Origin: a virus
Lineage: Duplodnaviria > Caudoviricetes
Strand: one strand, 5' to 3'
Virus record (IMG/VR): IMGVR_UViG_3300047548_001519
Coordinates: 1 to 62,839 of that record
DNA length: 62,839 nucleotides
Below are positions 26,570 to 35,528 of the stretch, piece by piece. The translations under genes were made by a program, and so were the position numbers. The notes under the pieces are model-generated. The model made no database searches. It was not told where the DNA came from and was given only the letters and a program-made list of their open reading frames with translations. Each line of letters begins with the position of its first letter. Position 1 is the stretch's first letter.

Positions 26570-26718
26570 TATTCGTCGTCGATTTCGTCTTCTTCATCGT
26601 ATATATCTGACCCACATACAGGGCAGCAAACGATATCTTGATATTCATAATCTGTTCCTTTCACTGTTATTTTGCCTTCAGCACCGCAATGTTCGCACTC
26701 GAATTGTTTTACAACCAT
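26569..26718 (-). CDS. 49-aa zinc-ribbon protein (MVVKQFECEHCGAEG...CCPVCGSD), not in ORF track
   Basis: Two CxxC pairs, acidic tail, TAATG coupling. Confidence 0.7.
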   Translation of the reverse strand: MVVKQFECEHCGAEGKITVKGTDYEYQDIVCCPVCGSDIYDEEDEIDDE

Positions 26719-26720
26719 TA

Positions 26721-26966
26721 CTACCCTCTTATTTTTAGATTGAGTGTAAAATTTTCAACCACGAGCTTTACTACCGTGGCAAACATAATCTCATTAAAAT
26801 TAGGTTCATTATATTTATCTTTAAACATTTCTAGCACATTTAAAGTCATCAATCGATACGTCTCTTCCTCAGAGATGGCAAGCATGCCCCAATCAATAGG
26901 GTCTTCTGCTTCCACCTCTTGTGCAAGTTCAGATATCAATTCAACATATTCAGGGGTGATTTGCAT
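26721..26966 (-). CDS. Hypothetical protein
   Basis: GGAG RBS; AEDPIDWG motif. Confidence 0.6.
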   Translation of the reverse strand: MQITPEYVELISELAQEVEAEDPIDWGMLAISEEETYRLMTLNVLEMFKDKYNEPNFNEIMFATVVKLVVENFTLNLKIRG

Positions 26967-26967
26967 A

Positions 26968-27177
26968 TTACTCCGTATCTAAGATCAACTCTATTGCTTT
27001 AAGCTCTGGATTCCATTTAAGTTTAACAACTTCTCTGAACCCTTCTGGTGTCCAGACAATAGCTGGCATGTGTATATATGTCTTATGCAGACTACCACTA
27101 GATTTATCTGAGTGATCAGCCCAAAGTTGTTGTATTTCGTGATACAAGTCGTATGCGTCCACATTACCTCCAAACAT
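26968..27177 (-). CDS. Hypothetical protein
   Basis: Fills the gap downstream of nrdB. Confidence 0.5.
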   Translation of the reverse strand: MFGGNVDAYDLYHEIQQLWADHSDKSSGSLHKTYIHMPAIVWTPEGFREVVKLKWNPELKAIELILDTE

Positions 27178-28147
27178 TACCCCAGGATCCTGTTAAAGAT
27201 CCTTTCGAATATGCTGTTGCACGTTGCTCAAAAAAGTTAGCATGTTCTGGAGCGTTAAGAATCTCCTCAACCCATGGTAGAGGATTGTTCTTCACTTTAA
27301 AGATCCCTTTCATACCCAATCCAATCAAGCGACGATCTGCAATGTAACGGATGTACTGTTTCACTTCTTCAATCGTCAATCCCTCAACCCCACCAGTCTC
27401 AAAAGCAAGATCAATGAACTTGTCTTCCAGCTCTACCATCTTCTCAGCAATGGTATATAGCTGGCTCTTAAGTTCGTCTGTCCAAATCTCGCGATGCTCC
27501 TTCAAGAACTCCTTAAACAGCCATGTCATTCCTTCAACGTGGACTGACTCATCTTTGATTGACCAGGCAATGATCTGTCCCATACCATTCATCTTGTTAT
27601 AGCGAGTAAAATTCAATAGCATAATGAACGAGCTGAACAACTGCATCCCTTCCGTGAAGGCAGAGAAAGCAGCAATCTGCTGAACAATCATCTTCTCATC
27701 AGTACCCATGAACTCCTCAATGAAGTCATGCTTCTCCTTCATTGCCTCATATTCCATGAATGCCTTGTATGTCGTTTCTGGCATACCAAGAGTATCAATC
27801 AAATGACTATATGCTTGAATATGAATGGCTTCACGAGCAGCGAAGCTCAACAACATCATTCGGATTTCTGGCTTTGGAAACAAAGGAATGTACTTGTTAG
27901 CATATGCACCAGCAACATCCACATCCGATTGTGTAAACAATCTAAAGATCTGAGTGAGGAAGTGCTTCTCTTGTTTTGTTAACTTATTCTTCCAATCTAG
28001 AACGTCTTGGTTCATTGGAACTTCTGTGGGGAGCCAATGCATAGACTCGTGCATTTCGTAAAATTTATACGCTTCAGGGTATTCATGAGGCTTGTAATAA
28101 TTTCTCGGTTCAAATAATGATTTACTGCGTTTCTTAATTGCATTCAT
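27164..28147 (-). CDS. nrdB: Ribonucleotide reductase class Ia beta subunit
   Basis: HWLPTEV, FTQSD, REAIH..AY, EGMQLFSSF, DESVH, NFFE.RAT.Y. Confidence 0.96.
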   Translation of the reverse strand: MNAIKKRSKSLFEPRNYYKPHEYPEAYKFYEMHESMHWLPTEVPMNQDVLDWKNKLTKQEKHFLTQIFRLFTQSDVDVAGAYANKYIPLFPKPEIRMMLLSFAAREAIHIQAYSHLIDTLGMPETTYKAFMEYEAMKEKHDFIEEFMGTDEKMIVQQIAAFSAFTEGMQLFSSFIMLLNFTRYNKMNGMGQIIAWSIKDESVHVEGMTWLFKEFLKEHREIWTDELKSQLYTIAEKMVELEDKFIDLAFETGGVEGLTIEEVKQYIRYIADRRLIGLGMKGIFKVKNNPLPWVEEILNAPEHANFFEQRATAYSKGSLTGSWGNVWR

Positions 28148-28875
28148 TTTACATCAATCCTTTTCTTTGCTTCTGACATTTTCTGTTTTGTTTCTCTACT
28201 AAGCGTTCTATTCTTAAGTGAATTAGAACGTTTTTTCTTTGTTTCTTCTGAATGTTTTAATGCACCTTTTATCCAACCCTCGCCAGGACAATCAATACTG
28301 CGTTTCATATGAGTTCCATTATTCCACCAGAATTTACCCCTCACATTGGTATTCCCCTTTGATTTTTCTGCAGCATGCTGTTTCTGCTCGTCTGTTAAAA
28401 CTCTACCAGCGGCGTATCTGTTGCCTATTTGTTTTTGTCTACATAATTCTTTATGGTACTCTGTTCGCTCATATGGAATTAAAAAATTATGTGTCCCTTC
28501 TGAAACTCTTTTATTAGCAATCTCTATCATTTTTTGACGCTTTGATTCGGAGTTTGCTCTTAGAATTGAATCCTCATCTAGTAATATACCAGGTGCGATG
28601 TTTCTATTATAAAATTTCTTTATGAAGGTATCCTTTCCAAGTTTTCTATAGCAGTATCGTAAAACTTTATGCTCAAACATCCTGGCATCTTTCATCTCTA
28701 CCACTTTAACAACTTCAAATGAATCTTTTCCATCTTCCATGATCAACTGATGAATTGTCTTAGATGATGTGAAGTATTTTCTAAAAAATAAGCTGGGATC
28801 GGCATTTCTACCGTACTGGCATCCCACATATACCATACCAGTATTCTTATGTCTTATTCTGTAGTAGTATTGCAT
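28144..28875 (-). CDS. Free-standing GIY-YIG-like homing endonuclease between nrdA and nrdB
   Basis: YYYRI...TG..YVG, YFTSS, WWNNG, HSEETKKK NUMOD3-like repeats. Confidence 0.8.
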   Translation of the reverse strand: MQYYYRIRHKNTGMVYVGCQYGRNADPSLFFRKYFTSSKTIHQLIMEDGKDSFEVVKVVEMKDARMFEHKVLRYCYRKLGKDTFIKKFYNRNIAPGILLDEDSILRANSESKRQKMIEIANKRVSEGTHNFLIPYERTEYHKELCRQKQIGNRYAAGRVLTDEQKQHAAEKSKGNTNVRGKFWWNNGTHMKRSIDCPGEGWIKGALKHSEETKKKRSNSLKNRTLSRETKQKMSEAKKRIDVK

Positions 28876-28937
28876 TGAGATCTCCTTAATAGATGCATTG
28901 GTCTATTTATAATCTTGGAGATCTCAATGCATCTATT
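28871..28937 (-). promoter_or_regulatory. Late promoter inside an RBS-sequestering hairpin for the endonuclease
   Basis: TGCATTGAGATCTCC ... TATAAATA ... GGAGATCTCAATGCA: 15-bp inverted repeat covering RBS and ATG. Confidence 0.85.
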
Positions 28938-30751
28938 CAACCTTCACACGCAAAACAAACTGGCTCATCTGATTTCAACATATCTTTCATGTCTTCAATA
29001 CGTTCACGTTCAACTTTCTTTCCAACTTTATCTGCCTTACGCATATTATCTGAACGACAATAGTAAAGTGATTTCAATCCCATCTTCCAAGCCATTAAAT
29101 GAACTAGGTGTAAGTATTCGACGTTTGATGTTGGGCTAAAGAACAAATTCAACGACTGAGCTTGACAGATGTACGGTTGACGATCTGCTGCATGCTGAAT
29201 TAACCATGTTTGATCAATCTCCATAGATGTCTTGAACACATCTTTTTCCCAATCATCTAAACATTCAAGTCCAGCAACGGAACCATCGTTAGCAACAATG
29301 TCACGCCATACATCTGGTGTGTTCTGACCTTTCTTCTCAAGTAAAGCTTCTAGGTACTTGTTCTTATGAACTTGTGTGCCATTCACACCTTTCTCAAGGT
29401 AGACGTTTGCACGATAAGGTTCAATCGATGGGGAAGTATTTAGGATAATTGAACTCGATGCATTTGGAGCAACAGCAAACAAGTGAGCGTTACGAACTGG
29501 TGTAGCTGACCCTTCCGAATCAGGACATGGACCACGTTCTTCTGCAAGAGAAACGGTTTTAGCTTTTGCTTCTGCATTAAGCTTTTCCCAGATCTTCTTA
29601 TTGAGACCAATTGCCATTGGAGATTCAAAAGGAATGTTCTTACTTTGCAGCAGAGCATGCCATCCGAGCATTCCAATGCCAATTGACCGTTCTTGTTGAG
29701 CAGAGTGTACAGCATTAGCAATCTCTGGAAAGTTTTTACCCTTCTCACAGAAAACTGTAATCACATTGTCTAACATCTCAACGACGTCAGCAATAAACTG
29801 CTTGTCATCCTTCCAGTCTTCATACTTCTCAGCATTGATTGACGACAAGCAGCACACAAAAGTACGGTCATCATCAGTAGCCAAAGAAATCTCAGAGCAA
29901 AGGTTAGATCCTCTATTCTTTAAACCCTTAGCTTTTTGGAATTCAGGAAGTGCTTTATTAGCTGTATCAATAAACCAGAGATAAGGCTCACCTGTCTCCA
30001 TACGAATAGATAGTAAGCGTTCCCACAACTCTCTTGCCGACACATACTCAACTACTTCACCAGTGTTAGGATTCACTAAAGGAAACTGATCAAGTACTTC
30101 TTTCTGCTCATCTGTCAGATCTGATCCATGCAGAGATAGCTTTTCGATACGTTGCATGAAGTCATCTGTAACGTTGACCCCATGGTGTAGGTTCAAACAC
30201 TTGCGATTTGGATCACCACCTGTTGGCTTTCTCATCTCAAGAAAGTCAATGATCTCTGGATGGTTGATATCCAAATAGGCAGCTGTTGCACCACGACGTG
30301 TAGTTCCTTGCTTGAATGCTAGCGTATCAACGTCGTATGTCTTCAAGTGAGGAATAATCCCTGAAGACTTCTTGTCGCCAGGACGCAACCCAACGTGAAG
30401 ACCAACTCCACCACCAACCACTGCCAACATACGCGTCTCGGATGATGTATCGAGAATAGATCTCATCGAATCACCCAAATAAGAGGCAAAGCAAGAAATT
30501 GGAAGTGAGCGTGGTGTTTTACCGTAGCTTAGAATTGGTGTGGCATACGACAACCACATCTTAGAAGAATATTCATACAAACGCTGAGCATGCTCTGGAT
30601 TGGATGAAAACGTTTTTGAAACATAAGCAAATCTTTCTTGAGGAGACTTCTCCCCTTCATGCAAATAACCATCTTTAAGTCTTGATAATCCTGATTCTGA
30701 AAACAAATTGTCGCGCGAATAGTCGACAGTAATACCGTGAACAACGTCCAT
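28937..30751 (-). CDS. nrdA: Ribonucleotide reductase class Ia alpha subunit
   Basis: ATPIL, PISCF, RRGA.A.Y, SNLCSEI, APNASSS, QAQSLN, KSLYY, C-terminal CFACEG. Confidence 0.96.
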   Translation of the reverse strand: MDVVHGITVDYSRDNLFSESGLSRLKDGYLHEGEKSPQERFAYVSKTFSSNPEHAQRLYEYSSKMWLSYATPILSYGKTPRSLPISCFASYLGDSMRSILDTSSETRMLAVVGGGVGLHVGLRPGDKKSSGIIPHLKTYDVDTLAFKQGTTRRGATAAYLDINHPEIIDFLEMRKPTGGDPNRKCLNLHHGVNVTDDFMQRIEKLSLHGSDLTDEQKEVLDQFPLVNPNTGEVVEYVSARELWERLLSIRMETGEPYLWFIDTANKALPEFQKAKGLKNRGSNLCSEISLATDDDRTFVCCLSSINAEKYEDWKDDKQFIADVVEMLDNVITVFCEKGKNFPEIANAVHSAQQERSIGIGMLGWHALLQSKNIPFESPMAIGLNKKIWEKLNAEAKAKTVSLAEERGPCPDSEGSATPVRNAHLFAVAPNASSSIILNTSPSIEPYRANVYLEKGVNGTQVHKNKYLEALLEKKGQNTPDVWRDIVANDGSVAGLECLDDWEKDVFKTSMEIDQTWLIQHAADRQPYICQAQSLNLFFSPTSNVEYLHLVHLMAWKMGLKSLYYCRSDNMRKADKVGKKVERERIEDMKDMLKSDEPVCFACEG

Positions 30752-30763
30752 ACCTACCTCTTA

Positions 30764-31447
30764 TTATTCTGTTACGAAATTATTTGCTAAAGGAAAAATT
30801 TCTGAAATCACTCGTGCACATTGACGAGCAATCTCCATGTGTTCTTTTTGAGTACCATTACCAGATCTTACTTCAATGAAATGAACCCACGACCGCAAAG
30901 TGCCATTGACGTACATTCGAGAAACAGTCAGACCCTCAGGCAGAACTGCTCTTGCCTGTTCCTTTGCGATTCCATTATTTACCGCCCATTGATACGCCTT
31001 GTTCGCTGCTTCAATCACTTCTCGTTGATGCCAGGACCATTGCTCTTTTAAATTTGCAGATTGTAATGTACCTTCTTCAATGCTGATTGAATTTTGTCTG
31101 TTATTGGGATCTTGAAGTCTTGGTTCACGAAAAACAAAATCCAAATCCTTAGTTGGATCTGCATAACGTTGACTAAACTCTTGAAAAGAAAAAGAACGAT
31201 GACGAAGAATCTGTCTTGCAATATCCCTTGTGGTTTCAACTTCCATGCACGCCGATACAACTTCAAGAGGGCTCCAGTGGGCATGTTTGATTAGATATTT
31301 AATTAATTTTTCGGAGGTTTCAGTGTTGTATTGATTTGAGGGATTTGAAACTCTAGCACAAAAAGCCACTAAATCTTGAGCATTCCGTATACCCTCTTGT
31401 TTAAATTCTTCAGTTGGTTGGCTGTATGATACAAGACGGACTTTCAT
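30764..31447 (-). CDS. thyX: FAD-dependent thymidylate synthase
   Basis: H.SP.E, RQILRHRSFSFQEFSQRY ThyX motif, TQKEH. Confidence 0.96.
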   Translation of the reverse strand: MKVRLVSYSQPTEEFKQEGIRNAQDLVAFCARVSNPSNQYNTETSEKLIKYLIKHAHWSPLEVVSACMEVETTRDIARQILRHRSFSFQEFSQRYADPTKDLDFVFREPRLQDPNNRQNSISIEEGTLQSANLKEQWSWHQREVIEAANKAYQWAVNNGIAKEQARAVLPEGLTVSRMYVNGTLRSWVHFIEVRSGNGTQKEHMEIARQCARVISEIFPLANNFVTE

Positions 31448-31656
31448 CGTAGTTCTTTCCTTGCATTCGTCAAGATTTCAATAAAACGATCAATCTCTTT
31501 TGCGGACAGATTCATCTCAAACCTATTCTGTAAAAGTTTAGGATTCTTAGCTCCAGTCCATTCCGTTTGAAACTTAAGCGATATCATATTGTCGATGATT
31601 GGGGTTACATCGACCCAATGAGAGTAATCTTTCTCAGTAATTTGATATTTAATCAT
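31444..31656 (-). CDS. Hypothetical protein
   Basis: Coupled to primase stop and thyX start. Confidence 0.55.
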   Translation of the reverse strand: MIKYQITEKDYSHWVDVTPIIDNMISLKFQTEWTGAKNPKLLQNRFEMNLSAKEIDRFIEILTNARKELR

Positions 31657-32675
31657 TAGCACTTCCTCCATGTTGTAAATCGTAGCTGTGCTTCCGCACC
31701 ACTGTATGTATTTGCATTGATGATGTCGACAATATCTTTAGGAGACTTACCAGACAACACCATCTCATTAATATCCTTTTCTACTACTATATCAGGCCAA
31801 AGGCAGACACTAAATCCTCGATCAATCGTTCTCTTGATCAAGTTGGTGAGTTCTTTTGATCTAGGTTCATTATCATATACAACAGTCGCATTCGTCTTGA
31901 GTTTATCAATCGAGGGACTGTTGAACGATGATCCGGATACAGCAATGCTGTTGGGAATGAAGAGAGAGTCAATAGGTCCTTCTAGTATATAGATCCGTTT
32001 AGAGTAGTTTAAACGCTCAAGACCAAATATTTTTTCTGCTTCTTCATCCAACTTAACAGTGTAGTATTTAGGATCTTCCTTACCAAACGCTCTGCCCTGA
32101 AAAGCAAAACATTTGCCATATTCATTAAAGAAAGGAATAATTAGTCTTGGATGCTCGGCATCATAACTCTTAAACTTGTTTGGTACACACTTATTGACAA
32201 AATGCATGAATCTAGGAGCAAAGTATAGTAAATGGAAAACACTTGAAGGAATTTTCCTTTTAATACAATACTTTACAGCTGGATGAGTAATAGACAAGTT
32301 GTCCAAACGCTTGATCGAATCAAGAACAGAATCCGTTAGTTCTGGAGCCTTAATGATTTCCGGAACGGACTCTTCCTCTTTCTTTACAAATATGGGAGTT
32401 TGATTCTCTTTGTAGTTCTCAAGCACATACTCTTGATGCAGGTTAGGATCAAGATACTTGATAAAACTACCTAGATTGGTTGAATAACCGCAATTGTGAC
32501 ATTTAACGAACAAACCCGTCTTGACTCGAAAAATGTACAGACGAGCTTTGAATTGGTTTGTTTTGGAATCACCACACACGACACAACTTGCGTTCCACAA
32601 GTACTCTGATTTGTGTTTGAAATTTCGAAGTCGCGTGCCAAGCATGTTTGCATACTTCACGTCAACAAAAAGCAT
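31656..32675 (-). CDS. DNA primase (T4 gp61-like)
   Basis: CVVCGDS...KAR...CHNC zinc finger, PRLIIPF, QGRA, EGPIDS TOPRIM, KDINEM. Confidence 0.93.
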   Translation of the reverse strand: MLFVDVKYANMLGTRLRNFKHKSEYLWNASCVVCGDSKTNQFKARLYIFRVKTGLFVKCHNCGYSTNLGSFIKYLDPNLHQEYVLENYKENQTPIFVKKEEESVPEIIKAPELTDSVLDSIKRLDNLSITHPAVKYCIKRKIPSSVFHLLYFAPRFMHFVNKCVPNKFKSYDAEHPRLIIPFFNEYGKCFAFQGRAFGKEDPKYYTVKLDEEAEKIFGLERLNYSKRIYILEGPIDSLFIPNSIAVSGSSFNSPSIDKLKTNATVVYDNEPRSKELTNLIKRTIDRGFSVCLWPDIVVEKDINEMVLSGKSPKDIVDIINANTYSGAEAQLRFTTWRKC

Positions 32676-32791
32676 AATATCTCCATAATGATCGTCTATG
32701 ATACACGACGATCCATTACAAATCAAGCGTAAAATAAAGTTGACTGATAATATATGGCCCCTGTAGAATTTTCTATGTGGGGTTGCATGTA

Positions 32792-32926
32792 TTACAGCTG
32801 CTTAAGTGCCTGTGGTCTCTCTAAGAGTTCTGGTGGTACTTTAAGGATCAATTGATCTTTGTTAGCTACTTCTGGTGATGCGCATCCAGCAAGAACGAAG
32901 ATAGCTAGTAACATAACGTATTTCAT
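32792..32926 (-). CDS. o-spanin (Rz1-like lipoprotein, 44 aa), not in ORF track
   Basis: MKYVMLLAIFVLAGC lipobox, Pro-rich PKVPPELLERP; ATGA overlap with i-spanin stop. Confidence 0.8.
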   Translation of the reverse strand: MKYVMLLAIFVLAGCASPEVANKDQLILKVPPELLERPQALKQL

Positions 32927-33465
32927 TTTGTCAATTCCTTCTGCCTCTTTTGGTACTCTATCACAAGGTCTTGAAGAGCATTCAATCGAGCAATTAATTC
33001 ATTACAACGATAATAGTTCTCAGCAATTACAGCTGCAGCATTATTCAATGTCCTGTTAGAAGGTCTTTCTGGATTCTGAGGAGGAGGGTCCAAAGAAAGT
33101 CCAGAAGCAGATCTGTTGTGCAACTCTACAAATCCTTCCGGTATTGTACACTGAGTCTTAACAGGAACAAAACGATCGACATACTGAGTGACCACTTGAG
33201 GATTGTTCTTTAACTTTTCAATCTCATCTCTATATCGCTTTACTTCATCACGATACTCATCACGCAGCTTAGAGATCTCTTCATCATATTCCTGTTGCTT
33301 TTGTGCGACCTCATCTTGCCATTTACGCTTCTCTTCAGCATACTTAGCTTCCGTCAAATCGACGCCATCCATACGGCCTTTGATGTAAGTGCCGCCTAAG
33401 AGCAAAACTGCAGCCAGAGCTGCAGCAAGGTACTTAACAAGAGGAATAGAAAATAATTGTATCAT
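32923..33465 (-). CDS. i-spanin (Rz-like)
   Basis: N-terminal TM, coiled coil, C.IPEGFV.LHN, ENY..C motifs; directly upstream of a lipoprotein gene. Confidence 0.75.
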   Translation of the reverse strand: MIQLFSIPLVKYLAAALAAVLLLGGTYIKGRMDGVDLTEAKYAEEKRKWQDEVAQKQQEYDEEISKLRDEYRDEVKRYRDEIEKLKNNPQVVTQYVDRFVPVKTQCTIPEGFVELHNRSASGLSLDPPPQNPERPSNRTLNNAAAVIAENYYRCNELIARLNALQDLVIEYQKRQKELTK

Positions 33466-34247
33466 GTGATCATCTTATTGTTAACTTGTTTAGCAGGTCT
33501 CTTGATCCTTGACCAATTGCCCCCGCCACGACGGTTGAATCTAATTGACTTCGTGTTTTTCCCGTTGTGGAGAATGATTACGCCATTAGGATTCTTCTTT
33601 GCAAAATTATATATCATCTTTTGACCCTCGTCTTCGAGGTTCAGATACTCAGCCCACTTGCGAAACTTAGCTTTTCCGTCTGTAAACTTATTATACACTT
33701 CGTCATTCACTGTGAAACGAGCAAAACGACGTGGTTTCTTTTTAGCACGGATCACCGGTTCATCTGTAGAAACTCTTTGACCAGTAACATTCGCAATTCC
33801 ACCTAAAGGAGAAGAAGGAGCGCCACCTGGACCAAGAATACCACCAATCCCCTCTTCACATAGGATGAAATCTTGGACGACAAGTTGTTCCTCAACTAAT
33901 ACAACTCCTTCATCTAACATCTTAACGATGTGATGTAATTTTTCTTCGTTAATGGTTGTGGACCTTGTTTTATATGCTTCTTTAATAAGAAACAAAGCAG
34001 CAACCAAGTTTTTTAGTTTAGATTCCCCGCCAGGCAACTTATTAATAATTTTTTTCATATTAAACACAAGACGAGTTAGATAGTTATAAGCATCTTTCTG
34101 TTCTTGTGTCGTAAAGTCTTTTGCTTTGATTAAGTTTTTGCCTTGAGCATCAATAATACCTAGTTTAAATGCTTCCGTCTCACCAAATGGCTTTACCATC
34201 ATTGAAAGAACTCGATAAGCAATTAGGTTGTCAATAATTTGTGACAT
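33462..34247 (-). CDS. Conserved T4-like hypothetical protein (AFKLGIID..G...RLVFN.K)
   Basis: Motifs typical of T4-like phage conserved proteins. Confidence 0.7.
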   Translation of the reverse strand: MSQIIDNLIAYRVLSMMVKPFGETEAFKLGIIDAQGKNLIKAKDFTTQEQKDAYNYLTRLVFNMKKIINKLPGGESKLKNLVAALFLIKEAYKTRSTTINEEKLHHIVKMLDEGVVLVEEQLVVQDFILCEEGIGGILGPGGAPSSPLGGIANVTGQRVSTDEPVIRAKKKPRRFARFTVNDEVYNKFTDGKAKFRKWAEYLNLEDEGQKMIYNFAKKNPNGVIILHNGKNTKSIRFNRRGGGNWSRIKRPAKQVNNKMIT

Positions 34248-34628
34248 TTAAATATCCTTTAGTGCTGCAATGACTTTATCATCTAGCTGCAATTCACTTA
34301 ATTTAATATTGAACTCTGGTACTGCTTCAGGCATACGCTCAAGATAAACAAGAAACGTAGCTAATACATCCCAGTATTGTCTATCAATTTTAAAAAACAG
34401 TAGTTCGGTAGTAACAATACCAAACAAATTATATAGCACGATAATATGATTTAGAATCAACCTCTCTTTCAAATCATTATTGTCTTTATAACGACTGAAT
34501 AATTTTTTCAAATACGCAAACCGCTTTAAATCTTCCTCGAACTCTGCTAGTGACGTGCACTGAGAGTTGTCGTAATGATGCATCGCAATCAAAATAAAAT
34601 TATTCTCATTAATGGGTTGTTCAATCAT
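34248..34628 (-). CDS. Conserved T4-like hypothetical protein (YDN.QC...EF.EDLKRF.YLKKL...LILNH)
   Basis: Recognisable conserved motif. Confidence 0.75.
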   Translation of the reverse strand: MIEQPINENNFILIAMHHYDNSQCTSLAEFEEDLKRFAYLKKLFSRYKDNNDLKERLILNHIIVLYNLFGIVTTELLFFKIDRQYWDVLATFLVYLERMPEAVPEFNIKLSELQLDDKVIAALKDI

Positions 34629-34661
34629 ATTGTAGAGGAGGGGTTGCCCCCTCCTTCATTA

Positions 34662-35516
34662 TTAAGCAGTAATAGTCAGAGTTGCTGCGTCAGAAGTTAA
34701 TGTTACTGCACCCGAAGTAACAACTGCACGGAACTGATTACCAGTCACGAACAGAGGACTTGTAGTGGCAACAGTCAGATCAAACGCTGTCTCTCCTACA
34801 ATGTCAGTCCAAGTGGTACCATCAGTTGAAGATTGCCATTGAATTGTTGCTGCTGGGCCACCTGTGCCTACATAATCAACTGCGAAATTCGCATCGGTAA
34901 GAGCATCAACTGTTGTGTCTTGTGGTTGCTCAGTGATCGTCAGAAATGCTTCAACAGTTAAGGTAACTGCATCAGACGCAACAGATTGAGCGCCAACAAG
35001 AGACACTACCACACGATACTTATCACCATTATCATCAGCAACGGCAGTAGCACCTGTTGTGTAAGAAGCCGAAGTAGCTCCTGGGATGTTGGTGTAGGTT
35101 GCTAGATTGGTAGACTCAGCTTTCTGCCACTGATATGTCAGTGTGCCGGTACCAGTACGTGTAGCTGTTACGCTGAATGTAGCGGTTGCTGGCTCAACGA
35201 CAGATACGTCTACTGGAGCTACAGTGATTGTAATCTCAGGTGCCAAAGTGTCGTTGTCGCCACTCGTAAAGTCACCAGCAAATGCAACCAAAACTTCAGC
35301 CTTGTGACGTGTGTTACCTTGAGCGTCAGTGTATGTGCGATATTCTGTCCAGCCTGGAGTTTTAATTCCTTTGGCGCGGTTATCTGCAGCAGCAGCTTCC
35401 GCGACATCAACACCAGCTGTGGCGTCTTTGTCTGAAACTGTCTGTTCGTTTCTCAGTGTGTCGCTGAGGTATTTTGGCTTGCCAGCCTCGTTATCTACTT
35501 TGCCCCAAAGTGCCAT
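34662..35516 (-). CDS. Virion surface protein with two Ig-like domains (Hoc-like)
   Basis: MALWG N-terminus, ITVAP.DVSV..P.TATFSV, YQWQK...GATSASYT, YRVVV Ig repeats. Confidence 0.8.
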   Translation of the reverse strand: MALWGKVDNEAGKPKYLSDTLRNEQTVSDKDATAGVDVAEAAAADNRAKGIKTPGWTEYRTYTDAQGNTRHKAEVLVAFAGDFTSGDNDTLAPEITITVAPVDVSVVEPATATFSVTATRTGTGTLTYQWQKAESTNLATYTNIPGATSASYTTGATAVADDNGDKYRVVVSLVGAQSVASDAVTLTVEAFLTITEQPQDTTVDALTDANFAVDYVGTGGPAATIQWQSSTDGTTWTDIVGETAFDLTVATTSPLFVTGNQFRAVVTSGAVTLTSDAATLTITA

Positions 35517-35528
35517 TTGTATATCTCC

